DNA of 64,000 nt from Sphingomonas sp. (GTDB taxonomy: Bacteria > Pseudomonadota > Alphaproteobacteria > Sphingomonadales > Sphingomonadaceae), in NCBI GenBank assembly GCA_965248885.1, contig OZ252211.1, forward strand, positions 661,179-725,178, given 5' to 3'. Both the position numbers and the translations under genes were made by a program. The notes below the pieces were generated by a model. That model was not told where the DNA came from, ran no database searches, and saw only the letters and a program-made list of their open reading frames with translations. Positions 26,328 through 36,263 of the stretch are shown piece after piece. The stretch's first letter is position 1. Every line of letters begins with the position of its first letter.

Positions 26328-28292
26328 GTGACGGTTTCGAACGAACAGATGGCGAATGCGATTCGCGCGCTGGCGATGGACGCGGTCGAGGCGGCGAATT
26401 CGGGGCATCCCGGCATGCCGATGGGCATGGCCGATGTCGCGACGGTGCTGTATTCTAAATATCTGAAGTTCGATCCTGCGCAGCCCCGCTGGCACGACCG
26501 CGACCGCTTCGTGCTGTCGGCGGGTCACGGGTCGATGCTGATCTACGCATTGCTCTACCTGACGGGTTATGCGCACCCGACGATCGACGACATCGCCAAT
26601 TTCCGGAAGCTCGGCAGCCCGTGCGCGGGCCACCCGGAAAATTTCGAGCTCGAAGCGATCGAGTGCACCACCGGGCCGCTGGGTCAAGGGCTGGCGATGG
26701 CCGTCGGCATGGCGCTTGCCGAGCGACACCTGAACGCCGAATTCGGCGACGACCTCGTCGATCACCGTACCTGGGTGGTCGCGGGCGACGGATGCCTGAT
26801 GGAGGGCATCAACCACGAGGCGGTGGGGCTCGCCGGGCATCTGGGTCTCGGGCGGATGATCGTGTTGTGGGACGACAACCGCATCACCATCGATGGCGCG
26901 GTATCGCTGTCGTCGAGCGAGGATATACCGGCCCGCTACCGCGCGAGCGGCTGGCACGTCGAGGCGTGCGACGGGCATGATCCCGCCGACATATCGCGTG
27001 CCATCGAGGCGGCGATGGCCGATCCGCGCCCTTCGCTGGTCGCGTGCCGCACGATCATCGGCAAAGGCGCGCCGAACAAGCAGGGCACGTCGGCAACGCA
27101 CGGTGCGGCGCTCGGCAAGGACGAGGTCGCCGCCGCGCGCGCGCATCTCGTCTGGACCGACGAGCCGTTCGTCATTCCGCAGCCGATCCTCGACGCATGG
27201 CGCGCGACCGGCGCGCGTGGGGCAAGGCTAAGCGGCGAATGGGGCGCGCGCGCGAAGAACGCCGAGTTCGAGCGGCGCATGGCGGGTGGATTGCCCGCGA
27301 CCGACTGGCTGACGCCGTATCTGGCCGGGCTGATCGCCGCGCCGCAAAAGGTCGCGACGCGGAAGGCGTCGGAGGCCGTGCTCGGCGCGATCAACGATGC
27401 GCTTCCCGAAACGATCGGCGGGTCGGCCGACCTGACGGGGTCGAACAACACCCGGACCAAAGCCACGACGCCGCTGACGCGCGACGATTACAGCGGGCGC
27501 TATCTCTACTACGGCATCCGCGAATTCGGGATGGCGGCGGCGATGAACGGCATGGCGCTGCACGGCGGCGTCATTCCCTATGGCGGGACCTTCCTCGTCT
27601 TCGCCGATTATTGCCGTGCCGCGATCCGCCTTTCGGCGCTGCAGCGGGCGCGTGTCGTCTATGTGATGACGCACGACAGCATCGGGCTTGGCGAGGACGG
27701 GCCGACGCATCAGCCGGTCGAACACATCATGTCCCTGCGCGTTATGCCGGGGCTCGACGTCTATCGCCCATGCGACACGGTTGAGACCGCCGAATGCTGG
27801 GCACTCGCGCTGGAAAAAGCCGATGGCCCCTCGCTGCTCGCGCTGACCCGCCAGAATCTGCCGCAGCTGCGCACCGACGTGTCGCAGAACTGGTCGGCGC
27901 GCGGCGCGTATCGCCTGCGTGCCGCCAAGGCCGTCCGCCGCGTCATCCTGATCGCGACGGGTTCCGAAGTTGAAATCGCCTGCGCGGTCGCCGACGCGCT
28001 CGAAGCCGAAAGGGTGGGGGCCGATGTCGTTTCGATGCCGAGCTGGGAGCGCTTCGACGCGCAGCCCGAGGCATATCGTGACGACGTGCTGCCCTCCGAC
28101 ACGAACATTGTGCGCGTGTCGATCGAGGCGGGCGTCACGATGGGTTGGGAACGCTATACGATGGTCAGGGGATTGCGCTTCGGCGTCGACAGCTTCGGTG
28201 CCTCGGCCCCCATCGACGACCTCTACCGCCATTTCGGGCTGACCGCCGAGGCTATCGCGCCGCAGGTGATCGCCGCATGCCAAGGGAAGTAA
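26328..28292 (+). CDS. tkt: transketolase
   Basis: TPP motifs ([17 protein letters not shown]; GDGCLMEGI), full length. Start ambiguous: GTG 26328, ATG 26349 or ATG 26250. First gene of the tkt-gap-pgk-fba cluster. Confidence 0.9.
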   Translation: MTVSNEQMANAIRALAMDAVEAANSGHPGMPMGMADVATVLYSKYLKFDPAQPRWHDRDRFVLSAGHGSMLIYALLYLTGYAHPTIDDIANFRKLGSPCAGHPENFELEAIECTTGPLGQGLAMAVGMALAERHLNAEFGDDLVDHRTWVVAGDGCLMEGINHEAVGLAGHLGLGRMIVLWDDNRITIDGAVSLSSSEDIPARYRASGWHVEACDGHDPADISRAIEAAMADPRPSLVACRTIIGKGAPNKQGTSATHGAALGKDEVAAARAHLVWTDEPFVIPQPILDAWRATGARGARLSGEWGARAKNAEFERRMAGGLPATDWLTPYLAGLIAAPQKVATRKASEAVLGAINDALPETIGGSADLTGSNNTRTKATTPLTRDDYSGRYLYYGIREFGMAAAMNGMALHGGVIPYGGTFLVFADYCRAAIRLSALQRARVVYVMTHDSIGLGEDGPTHQPVEHIMSLRVMPGLDVYRPCDTVETAECWALALEKADGPSLLALTRQNLPQLRTDVSQNWSARGAYRLRAAKAVRRVILIATGSEVEIACAVADALEAERVGADVVSMPSWERFDAQPEAYRDDVLPSDTNIVRVSIEAGVTMGWERYTMVRGLRFGVDSFGASAPIDDLYRHFGLTAEAIAPQVIAACQGK

Positions 28293-28293
28293 G

Positions 28294-29301
28294 ATGACCA
28301 GAGTTGCCATCAACGGGTTCGGACGCATCGGGCGGCTGGTCGCGCGTGCGATCCTCGAGCGCCCCGAATCGGGGCTCGAGCTCGTCGCGATCAACGACCT
28401 CGCCGATGCCAAGTCGAACGCGATGCTGTTCAAGCGCGACAGCTGTCATGGGCCGTTCGCGGGCGACGTTGCGGTCGATGGTGACGCGCTGGTGATTGAC
28501 GGCAAGCGCATCGTCGTGACCAAGGAACGCGACCCGGCCAACCTGCCGCACGCCGCCAACCAGGTCGACATCGCGCTCGAATGCACCGGCTTCTTCACCG
28601 ATCGCGCGTCGGCGCAGAAGCATCTCGACGCCGGAGCCCGGCGTGTGCTGATCTCGGCACCCGGCAAGGACGTCGACCTGACCATCGTGTTCGGCGTCAA
28701 CGACGCGCTGCTGAAGGCCGAGCACACGATCGTTTCGAACGCGAGTTGCACGACCAACTGCCTCGCGCCGCTCGTCCGCGTGCTGCACGACGCCGTCGGG
28801 ATCGAACGCGGGCTGATGATGACGATCCACAGCTATACCAACGACCAGTCGCTGCTCGACGTCTATCACAAGGATCCGCGGCGTGCGCGCGCGGCCGCCG
28901 TGTCGATGATCCCGACCTCGACCGGTGCGGCCAAGACCGTCGGTGAGGTCGTCCCCGAACTGAAGGGCAAGCTCGATGGCATTTCGGTGCGCGTGCCGAC
29001 GCCCAACGTCAGCCTCGTCGATTTCACCTTCACCCCCAGCCGCGCGACGACGATCGACGAGATCAACGGCGCGCTGAAGGCGGCCTCTGAAACCGGGCCC
29101 ATGGCGGCGGTGCTCGACTATTCGGACGAACCGCTCGTTAGCCATGATTATAACCACAACCCCGCCTCTTCGACGGTCGACAGTCTCGAAACGACTGTGC
29201 TCGACGGGCTGCTCGTGCGCGTCGTCAGCTGGTACGACAATGAATGGGGCTTTTCGAACCGCATGGTCGACACCGCAGGCGCGATCGCCAAGCTCATCTG
29301 A
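28294..29301 (+). CDS. gap: type I glyceraldehyde-3-phosphate dehydrogenase
   Basis: 335 aa with INGFGRIGR and active-site [12 protein letters not shown]. Confidence 0.95.
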   Translation: MTRVAINGFGRIGRLVARAILERPESGLELVAINDLADAKSNAMLFKRDSCHGPFAGDVAVDGDALVIDGKRIVVTKERDPANLPHAANQVDIALECTGFFTDRASAQKHLDAGARRVLISAPGKDVDLTIVFGVNDALLKAEHTIVSNASCTTNCLAPLVRVLHDAVGIERGLMMTIHSYTNDQSLLDVYHKDPRRARAAAVSMIPTSTGAAKTVGEVVPELKGKLDGISVRVPTPNVSLVDFTFTPSRATTIDEINGALKAASETGPMAAVLDYSDEPLVSHDYNHNPASSTVDSLETTVLDGLLVRVVSWYDNEWGFSNRMVDTAGAIAKLI

Positions 29302-29756
29302 TGGCAGGCGTGCTTGCCGGGATCGCGCGCCATGCACGCCCGCGCGGGCGCATGGAAGTGGTCGAGCGCGCCGCCGTCACGCTCGAGGGCGGCATTGCGG
29401 GCGACTTTCGCGGCAGCATGAAGGGCAAGCCTTATAAGCGTCAGGTGACGCTGATGGAGGCGGGCGACTGGGATGCGGCGATGGCCGAGGTAGGGCATAA
29501 TATCGCCTGGCACGAGCGCCGGTCGAACTTGCTCGTCGTCGGGCTCGACCTGCCGCAGCGGCCCGGCGCGCGGCTGCGGATCGGCAGCGAGGTCGTCCTC
29601 GAAATGATGTGCGAGACCAATCCGTGCGAGCGGATGGAGCTGCTTGCAGAGGGACTGCGCGCCGCGCTGACGCCCGACTGGCGCGGCGGCGTGTGCACCA
29701 TGGTTGTGACGGGCGGCGACATCGCCGTCGGCGACCCGATCGGGATCGAAGAATGA
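29301..29756 (+). CDS. MOSC-domain protein
   Basis: Start overlaps the gap stop (ATGA). ~150 aa with a MOSC beta-barrel signature (…RQVTLMEAGDWDA… NLLVVGLDL… GDIAVGDPI). Confidence 0.65.
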   Translation: MAGVLAGIARHARPRGRMEVVERAAVTLEGGIAGDFRGSMKGKPYKRQVTLMEAGDWDAAMAEVGHNIAWHERRSNLLVVGLDLPQRPGARLRIGSEVVLEMMCETNPCERMELLAEGLRAALTPDWRGGVCTMVVTGGDIAVGDPIGIEE

Positions 29757-30955
29757 CAGCTGGCTTCAGGACGCTCGACGATATCGGCGACGTGCACGGC
29801 AAACGCGTGATCGTGCGCGAGGATCTGAACGCGCCGCTCGACCAGGGCAAGGTCACCGACGACAGCCGCCTGCGCGCGGCGGTCCCGACGCTAGCCGAAC
29901 TGTCCGACGCGGGCGCGCTCGTGCTCGTCCTCGCGCATGTCGGGCGACCTGAGGGACGCATGAATCCCAATGACTCGACGGCGTTGCTTACCGGGCCCCT
30001 GTCGGCGCTGCTCGGGCGCGAAGTGATGTTCGTCGCAGATTGTGTGGGGGAGGGGGCACAGGCGGCGATCGACCTGATGCAGCCCGGCAGCATCGCGCTG
30101 CTCGAAAACACACGTTTTCACCTCGGCGAGGAGGCGAACGATCCGGCGTTCGTGCGCGCGCTCGCCGATCTCGGCGACCTCTACGTCAACGACGCGTTTT
30201 CCGCCTCGCACCGCGCGCATGCGTCGACCGAGGGGCTGGCGCACGTACTTCCCGCTTTTGCCGGACGCCAGATGCAGGCTGAACTGAGCGCGCTCGACCG
30301 CGCGCTGGGCTCGCCCGAACATCCCGTCGCCGCCGTCGTGGGGGGCGCAAAGGTTTCGACCAAGCTCGACGTGCTCACGCATCTCGTCGCGCGCGTCGAC
30401 CATCTGATCATCGGCGGCGCGATGGCGAACACCTTTCTCGTCGCGCGCGGCGTTGCCGTCGGCAAGTCGCTTTGCGAGCACGACCTCGTCGCGACCGTCA
30501 ACGGCATCTTCGACGCGGCGGAGCGTGCGGGCTGCACGATCCACCTCCCGTACGACGTCGTCGTCGCGACCGAATTCCGCGCCAACCCGCCGACGCGCAC
30601 CATTAACGTCCACGAAGTCGCCCACGACGAGATGATCCTCGATATCGGTCCGGCCGCCGTCGAGGCACTGGGCGACGTCCTGAAAACCTGCCGCACGCTC
30701 GTTTGGAATGGCCCGCTGGGCGCGTTCGAAACCCCTCCGTTCGACGCGGCGACCATCGCGCTCGCACGGCTCGCGGCGGCGCTGACCAAGGACGGCGCGC
30801 TTGTGTCGGTTGCGGGCGGTGGCGATACGGTCGCCGCGCTCAACCAGGCCGGCGTCGCCGCCGACTTCACCTTCGTCTCGACGGCAGGCGGCGCGTTCCT
30901 CGAATGGATGGAAGGGCGCGAATTGCCGGGGGTGGCCGCGTTGACGCATCGCTGA
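29753..30955 (+). CDS. pgk: phosphoglycerate kinase
   Basis: Start MTAGFRTLDDIGDVHGKRVIVREDLNAPLD... with full-length PGK motifs. The ORF-track upstream extension is discarded. Confidence 0.95.
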   Translation: MTAGFRTLDDIGDVHGKRVIVREDLNAPLDQGKVTDDSRLRAAVPTLAELSDAGALVLVLAHVGRPEGRMNPNDSTALLTGPLSALLGREVMFVADCVGEGAQAAIDLMQPGSIALLENTRFHLGEEANDPAFVRALADLGDLYVNDAFSASHRAHASTEGLAHVLPAFAGRQMQAELSALDRALGSPEHPVAAVVGGAKVSTKLDVLTHLVARVDHLIIGGAMANTFLVARGVAVGKSLCEHDLVATVNGIFDAAERAGCTIHLPYDVVVATEFRANPPTRTINVHEVAHDEMILDIGPAAVEALGDVLKTCRTLVWNGPLGAFETPPFDAATIALARLAAALTKDGALVSVAGGGDTVAALNQAGVAADFTFVSTAGGAFLEWMEGRELPGVAALTHR

Positions 30956-31058
30956 CCGACAGCTAGTCGCGGACTCGGATCAGCCATTTCGTTCGGGCTC
31001 TTGAGACCCGGCGGGCGCGGTCGGCTTTGCCGGTGCCGTGTTCCATGGCGACGTCCAC

Positions 31059-31115
31059 GCTGGTGGCAACAGACTAATAATCTGTGTGTAGCAGGTTCGA
31101 ATCCCGCACCAGAAC
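31059..31115 (+). other. tRNA-like fragment: anticodon-type hairpin plus canonical T-arm (GGTTCGAATCC) flanked by CTGGTG...CACCAG, with no D-arm
   Basis: gCTGGTGgcaACAGActaataaTCTGTgtgtaGCAGGTTCGAATCCCGCACCAGaac seen directly. No full cloverleaf could be built. Lies in a 480-bp non-coding region downstream of pgk. Confidence 0.3.
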
Positions 31116-31435
31116 ATGCCCTTGTAAGGCATTCCTCATGGGAAGGCCGGGGATGTTCAAGCCGACGGGCGTGGCGCAAGCCATACCCCGACGCACCCGA
31201 TACCGGGCCCTGTGCCGACGGGGATATCGGCAGGCCGACGGTCGCGCAGCGCGCCTCCCAGCTGTATCCTCCGGGGTACAGGCTGCGGGCGACGTCAACC
31301 GATCTGACGCCTGCCTCAACCGCCGGACCGCTTCGATGTCGCGGGAACATTCCCCGGCCGACCTTTACGCCGGTCCTTTACGTGGCCCGTCGTCAACCCT
31401 ACGCGTAGCGCGGGCACCGAGGGGAAGCCGCGACG

Positions 31436-32566
31436 ATGATCGACACCTATGTCATCGCTGAGAACCAGCGTGGCCTCCTCGTCAGGGACGGTCGTCTCGT
31501 TCGCATGCTCGATCCCGGGCGGCACACCATCTGGAACTGGGGCCGTCGCACGCAGGTCGAAATCGTCGTGGCGGAGGGTGTGTTCCGCTCCCCGTGGGTT
31601 CCAGTGATCGAGCGTCTCCACCCCGAGCTTGTCGCCGACCATTTTGTCAGCGTCCGTCCGCCCGAGGGCGAGGCCGCGGTCGTCTTCCTCGACGGGCGCG
31701 CGACACTCGTCGTGCCACCGGGGCGAACCGCGCTCGTCTGGAAGGTGCTCAACGACGTGAGTGTCGAGACGTTCGACGTCCTCGCCCACCCGCGTCTCGA
31801 CAAGGCGCAGCTGGTGGCGATCGAAAAGGCCGACGTCGCGGGAGCAATCGTGGTTGTCGCCGTGCCCGAAGCGAATGCCGGGTTAGTCTTCTTCGATGGC
31901 GAGCTCGTCGAGACGCTCGGCCCTGGTCGCTATGGCTATTGGTCGGTCGGCCGCAAGGTGACCGCCAAGACGCTCGACACGCGCCCGCTCCCGCTTGAGG
32001 TGACGGCGCAGGAGATACTGACGCGCGACCGAATCTCGATCCGCGTCACGCTGACCTGCTTCGTCAAGGTCGTGCATATGGAACGTGCGGCGCTTTCGAC
32101 GCCCGACTATCAGGCGCATATCTACAAACTCGTCCAGTTTGCGGTGCGTGACGCGGTCGGTGGGCGAACGCTCGACGAATTACTCAACGACCGCGAAACG
32201 GTCGACGCGCAGATCGTCGCGCACGTCCGGCGCGAACTCGGCGACATCGGAGTCGACGTCACCGAACTGGGCGTGAAGGACGTCATCCTGCCCGGCGAGA
32301 TGCGCGAATTGATCAACAAGGTCGTCGAGGCCGAAAAACTCGCGCAGGCCAATCTCATCCGCCGTCGCGAAGAGACTGCGGCAACGCGCTCGCTGCTCAA
32401 CACGGCCAAGCTGATGGAGGACAACCCGATCCTGCTGCGGCTCAAGGAACTCGAGTCGCTCGAACGCGTGACCGAAAAGATCGGGCGGATCGACGTGCAT
32501 GCCTCGTCGGGCGAGGGGCTCCATGCCGTTATGGACAAACTGATCAGCCTGCGCCCGCGCGACTGA
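31436..32566 (+). CDS. SPFH/band-7 (stomatin/slipin-like) domain protein
   Basis: 376 aa with the SPFH core (…ISIRVTLTCFVKVVH… coiled-coil EAEKLAQANLIRRREETAATR). Confidence 0.8.
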   Translation: MIDTYVIAENQRGLLVRDGRLVRMLDPGRHTIWNWGRRTQVEIVVAEGVFRSPWVPVIERLHPELVADHFVSVRPPEGEAAVVFLDGRATLVVPPGRTALVWKVLNDVSVETFDVLAHPRLDKAQLVAIEKADVAGAIVVVAVPEANAGLVFFDGELVETLGPGRYGYWSVGRKVTAKTLDTRPLPLEVTAQEILTRDRISIRVTLTCFVKVVHMERAALSTPDYQAHIYKLVQFAVRDAVGGRTLDELLNDRETVDAQIVAHVRRELGDIGVDVTELGVKDVILPGEMRELINKVVEAEKLAQANLIRRREETAATRSLLNTAKLMEDNPILLRLKELESLERVTEKIGRIDVHASSGEGLHAVMDKLISLRPRD

Positions 32567-32750
32567 TCGGGCCTGGGACGGCGATGTAACCCAGCCGTGA
32601 TGCTTGTCGCGTGGCAGAACCGGCGAAATCGAGAACGAAGCGATGCGGGGGATCGATGCCGCGCTTCGCCGATGGCTCGACCTCTGACGCAAGGTTGCCC
32701 GCCGTAACGCACGTCGCTATCCGCGCGGCAACCAGAGCTACGGAGCGACC

Positions 32751-33671
32751 ATGACCCCGCCGATGACTCCCGCCGTCAAAGCCATCCTCGCGCATTATGA
32801 ATCGGACAATCCGGGTACCAAGGGCAATCTTGCGCGCATCCTGATGCAGGGCAAGCTCGGCGGCACGGGCAAGCTCGTCATCCTGCCCGTCGACCAGGGG
32901 TTCGAACATGGTCCCGCGCGCAGCTTTTCGGTCAACCCTGACGCCTATGACCCGCATTATCACTACCAGATGGCGATTGACGCGGGACTGTCGGCCTATG
33001 CCGCGCCGCTCGGGCCGCTCGAGGCCGGGGCGGACACGTTCGCGGGGCAGATACCGACAATCCTGAAGGTCAATTCGTCGAACAGTTGGGCGACGTGTAT
33101 CGACCAGGCGGTGACGGGCACGGTCGACGACGCGCTGCGGCTGGGGTGCGCGGCGATCGGCTTCACCATCTATCCGGGCAGCGACTGCGTGATGGAAATG
33201 ATGGAGGAAATCCGCGAAATGTCCGCCGAGGCCAAGTCGGTGGGCCTCGCGACTGTCATCTGGAGCTATCCGCGCGGCGGCAAGCTCAGCAAGAAGGGCG
33301 AACTCGCGCTCGACGTCGGGGCCTATGCCGCGCACATGGCAGCGCTGCTCGGCGCGCACATCATCAAGGTGAAGCTGCCGACCGATCATATCGAACAGGA
33401 GGACGCGCAGAAAAGCTATGCTGACGGCGACTGGTCGACTCAGGCCAAACGAGTCGCGCATGTCGTGCAGGCAAGCTTTGCGGGGCGACGGATCGTCGTT
33501 TTTTCGGGCGGTGCAGCCAAGGGCCACGACGCGGTCTATCAGGACGCGCGCGACATTCGCGACGGCGGCGGCAACGGCTCGATCATCGGCCGCAACACGT
33601 TCCAGCGGCCGCGCGCCGATGCACTTGCGATGCTCGACAAACTGGTGCGCATCTACAAGGGCGAGGAATAG
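32751..33671 (+). CDS. fba: class I fructose-bisphosphate aldolase (bacterial FbaB/DhnA type)
   Basis: 306 aa with Schiff-base Lys context HIIKVKLP and DhnA-family motifs. Completes the tkt-gap-pgk-fba cluster. Confidence 0.85.
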   Translation: MTPPMTPAVKAILAHYESDNPGTKGNLARILMQGKLGGTGKLVILPVDQGFEHGPARSFSVNPDAYDPHYHYQMAIDAGLSAYAAPLGPLEAGADTFAGQIPTILKVNSSNSWATCIDQAVTGTVDDALRLGCAAIGFTIYPGSDCVMEMMEEIREMSAEAKSVGLATVIWSYPRGGKLSKKGELALDVGAYAAHMAALLGAHIIKVKLPTDHIEQEDAQKSYADGDWSTQAKRVAHVVQASFAGRRIVVFSGGAAKGHDAVYQDARDIRDGGGNGSIIGRNTFQRPRADALAMLDKLVRIYKGEE

Positions 33672-33683
33672 GCACGAAGACCG

Positions 33684-34550
33684 ATGGCAAAGCTCGCATT
33701 TATCGGACTGGGCGTCATGGGCGGCCAGATGGCGCGTCACCTGATCGAGGCCGGGCATGACCTGACCGTCTATAACCGCACCCGCGCCAAGGCCGAGGCG
33801 TGGGTTGCCGAGCATGGCGGCGTGGTCGCCGACAGCCCGGCGCAGGCCGCGCGCGACGTCGCGGCGGTGATCGCATGCGTCGGGACCGATGACGATTTGG
33901 CAGCGGTGACGCTGGGCCGCGACGGTTCCTTCCGGGCGATGACGAAGGGGACGGTGTTCATCGATCACACGACCGTGTCGGCGCGGATCGCGCGCCAACT
34001 CGCGGTCGAGGCCAAGGGGCTCGGGCTGCACAGCGTCGATGCGCCGGTGACGGGCGGTCAGGCGGGCGCGGTCAACGGTACGCTGACGTTGATGTGCGGC
34101 GGGACTGCGGGCGGGATCGCTGCGGCGACGCCGTTCATGCAAGCCTATTCGAAGCGAATCGTCCATGTCGGTGCGGCAGGGGCGGGCCAGACGACCAAGA
34201 TGTGCAACCAGATCGCGTTTGCCGGCACGATACAATCCTTGTCCGAGGCGATGCGCTTTGCGCAGGCCGCCGAGCTCGACCTCGACCGCGTGTTCGAAAG
34301 CATCTCGGGCGGTGCCGCGGGAAGCTGGCAGATGACCAATCGCTGGGCGACCATGGTCAAGGACGAATTCGATTTCGGCTTTGCGGTCGACTGGATGCGC
34401 AAGGATCTCGGGCTCGCACTCGAGGAAGCGCGTGCCAACGGCGCGACACTGCCCGTCGCCGCGCTGACCGATCAATTCTATGCCGAGGTCCAGGCGATGG
34501 GCGGCGGGCGGCAGGACACGAGCGCCATCGTCCGCCGTCTGAAAAAATAA
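33684..34550 (+). CDS. NAD(P)-dependent 3-hydroxyisobutyrate / beta-hydroxyacid dehydrogenase family oxidoreductase
   Basis: N-terminal Rossmann fold KLAFIGLGVMGGQMARHL and catalytic region of the 6PGDH-like family. Confidence 0.85.
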   Translation: MAKLAFIGLGVMGGQMARHLIEAGHDLTVYNRTRAKAEAWVAEHGGVVADSPAQAARDVAAVIACVGTDDDLAAVTLGRDGSFRAMTKGTVFIDHTTVSARIARQLAVEAKGLGLHSVDAPVTGGQAGAVNGTLTLMCGGTAGGIAAATPFMQAYSKRIVHVGAAGAGQTTKMCNQIAFAGTIQSLSEAMRFAQAAELDLDRVFESISGGAAGSWQMTNRWATMVKDEFDFGFAVDWMRKDLGLALEEARANGATLPVAALTDQFYAEVQAMGGGRQDTSAIVRRLKK

Positions 34551-34645
34551 ATCTGCGTTAATTTCATGAATCGGTAAGGAATTGCGGAACCTGACGCGGC
34601 ATGCCTAGTTGATTGAGGTAACGGTGCCTGAACGTAGCAAGAGTT

Positions 34646-35059
34646 ATGAACGCAAACATTCTGATCGTCGAAGATGAGATGCTGGTCGCGATGAACGTCG
34701 AGGCGGTTCTCGAGGATCTCGGTCACCGCGTCGTTGGCATCGCCCCCGACCTCAAGTCGGCACTCGCCGTCGATGCGGGTTGCATCGATCTCGCACTCGT
34801 CGATCTCAACCTGCGCGACGGGCTCACCGGTCCCGAAATCGGTCGTCGACTGTGCGAACAGCACCGCGTCTCGGTGCTGTTCGTGACCGCCAATCCGCGC
34901 ATTCTGGGTGAGGGCATTGCCGGGACGATCGGCGTGCTGACCAAACCAACCGACGAGGACGCGGTGCGTGCTGCGGTGGACTATGCGCTGCGCGTGCGCG
35001 CGGGTGATACGTCGGCAGTTGCGCCTGCGGAGCTGAAGGTGTTTGCGAAAGCGGCTTAG
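34646..35059 (+). CDS. single-domain response regulator (CheY-like receiver)
   Basis: 137 aa: ILIVEDEMLVAMNVEAVLEDLGH... DLALVDLNLRDG... VLTKP. Confidence 0.85.
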   Translation: MNANILIVEDEMLVAMNVEAVLEDLGHRVVGIAPDLKSALAVDAGCIDLALVDLNLRDGLTGPEIGRRLCEQHRVSVLFVTANPRILGEGIAGTIGVLTKPTDEDAVRAAVDYALRVRAGDTSAVAPAELKVFAKAA

Positions 35060-35065
35060 GCGACG

Positions 35066-36160
35066 TTACCGCACCAGATGCGCCCTTGGTACGTCGATCT
35101 CGACGCACAGCCCTTCGTGTCGCCAATGCCGGTCGATCCGCCCGCCCAATTGCTGGCGAATGCTGATTTCGGCGAGCTTGGTGCCAAAGCCTTCGCGCAC
35201 CGGAACACCCGCGACCGGAGGGCCGCCCGCTTCGGTCCATCGCACCGTGACCCTGTCGGGGCCCGGCACGATGGAAATATCGATCCGCCCCACGGGCGCG
35301 GCGAGCGCACCATATTTCATCGCGTTGGTCGCCAGTTCGTGAAACACCAGCGCTATCGGCGTTGCGCCGCGATCGTCGAGTGCGACGTCGTCGCCCACGA
35401 TGGCGATGCGCCCGTCGTCGAGCGCAGGATAGGCCCCGAGCAGATCGATCAGCATGTTGCGCAGCGTGCTCGGCGGCTGGCTCGGGCGCGATTCCTCGCT
35501 GTGCGGGCGCACGAATTCGTGCGCGCGCGCGAGAGCGCCGATCCGCGCCTGGAGCTCGGCGGCATATTCCTTCGCCTCGGGCTTGCGTCGCGCCGACAGC
35601 CCGACAAGTCCGACGATGACCGCAAAGATGTTCTTGATGCGGTGGCTCAACTCGCGGCTAAGGATCTCGTTGTGCGCGGCGTTGCGCTTCGCGTCGTCGA
35701 TGTCGGTGCACGTACCGATCCAGCGCGTGATCGCCCCCGTCGCATCGCGCACCGGCAGCGCGCGCCCGAGCGTCCAGCGATAATCGCCACTGTGGTGGCG
35801 CAGCCGATACTCGATCTCATAGGCTTCACCCGTCGCCAGGCTGTTGCGCCAGCGTCCCCATGCGCGATCCTGATCGTCGGGGTGGAACATGCCGTTCCAC
35901 GCCTCGCCATCGGTCGACCCTTTCGGCATGCCGGTGAATTCATACCAGCGTGCGTTGTAATAATCGTGATAGCCGTCGGGCAGCGTCGACCAGACCATCT
36001 GTGGCATCGCGTCGCACAGCACCTCGAACCGCGCGTTGCTCTCGCGCAGCGCAACGGTTGCCGCATCGAGCGGCGAGCCGGACGCGCCGTCGATCATGGT
36101 TTCGAGATCGGCGAGCAGCGAAGCGTTGGCGGCAGGATCGGTCATCGGCCAGTCGCCCAT
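35066..36160 (-). CDS. PAS-domain sensor histidine kinase, HWE/HisKA_2 family
   Basis: PAS region (…VWSTLPDGYHDYYNARWYEFTGM…) then H-box HRIKNIFAVIVGLVGL and ATPase HELATNAMKYGAL...GFGTKL. Start at ATG 36160 or 36145; the ORF-track N-terminal extension is discarded. Confidence 0.8.
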   Translation of the reverse strand: MGDWPMTDPAANASLLADLETMIDGASGSPLDAATVALRESNARFEVLCDAMPQMVWSTLPDGYHDYYNARWYEFTGMPKGSTDGEAWNGMFHPDDQDRAWGRWRNSLATGEAYEIEYRLRHHSGDYRWTLGRALPVRDATGAITRWIGTCTDIDDAKRNAAHNEILSRELSHRIKNIFAVIVGLVGLSARRKPEAKEYAAELQARIGALARAHEFVRPHSEESRPSQPPSTLRNMLIDLLGAYPALDDGRIAIVGDDVALDDRGATPIALVFHELATNAMKYGALAAPVGRIDISIVPGPDRVTVRWTEAGGPPVAGVPVREGFGTKLAEISIRQQLGGRIDRHWRHEGLCVEIDVPRAHLVR

Positions 36161-36263
36161 GGCACGTGGGCAGGCATTGGCAAAGCCCGTGTCTTCATCT
36201 CGTGTCGGTAACGACCGGTGACACGCCGGGTTCCCCCTATATTGTGCCCCGTCGCTCTGGCAT

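Noticed and set aside
29609-29752. 48-aa N-terminal extension on pgk (ORF track 29609..30955)
   Set aside because: Out-of-frame overlap with the MOSC gene. The conserved PGK N-terminus begins at MTAGFRTLDD (29753), which is coupled to the MOSC stop.
31090-31435. Two-piece (permuted) alphaproteobacterial tmRNA: T-arm, then GGGGAUGUUCAAGCCGACGGG resembling a tmRNA 5' end
   Set aside because: No resume codon or tag-peptide reading frame (no A-N-D-N... ending AA-stop) is present anywhere in 31140-31430. The acceptor-stem pairing between GGGGAUG and the sequence before ACCA does not form.
32544-34475. 643-aa minus-strand ORF, and similar long antisense ORFs (37928..39994, 35078..36211, 17124..17804, 12344..12946, 7278..8186)
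   Set aside because: Arg/Ala/Gly-rich, stop-free antisense frames typical of high-GC DNA. Each lies opposite a well-supported gene and has no recognisable domains.
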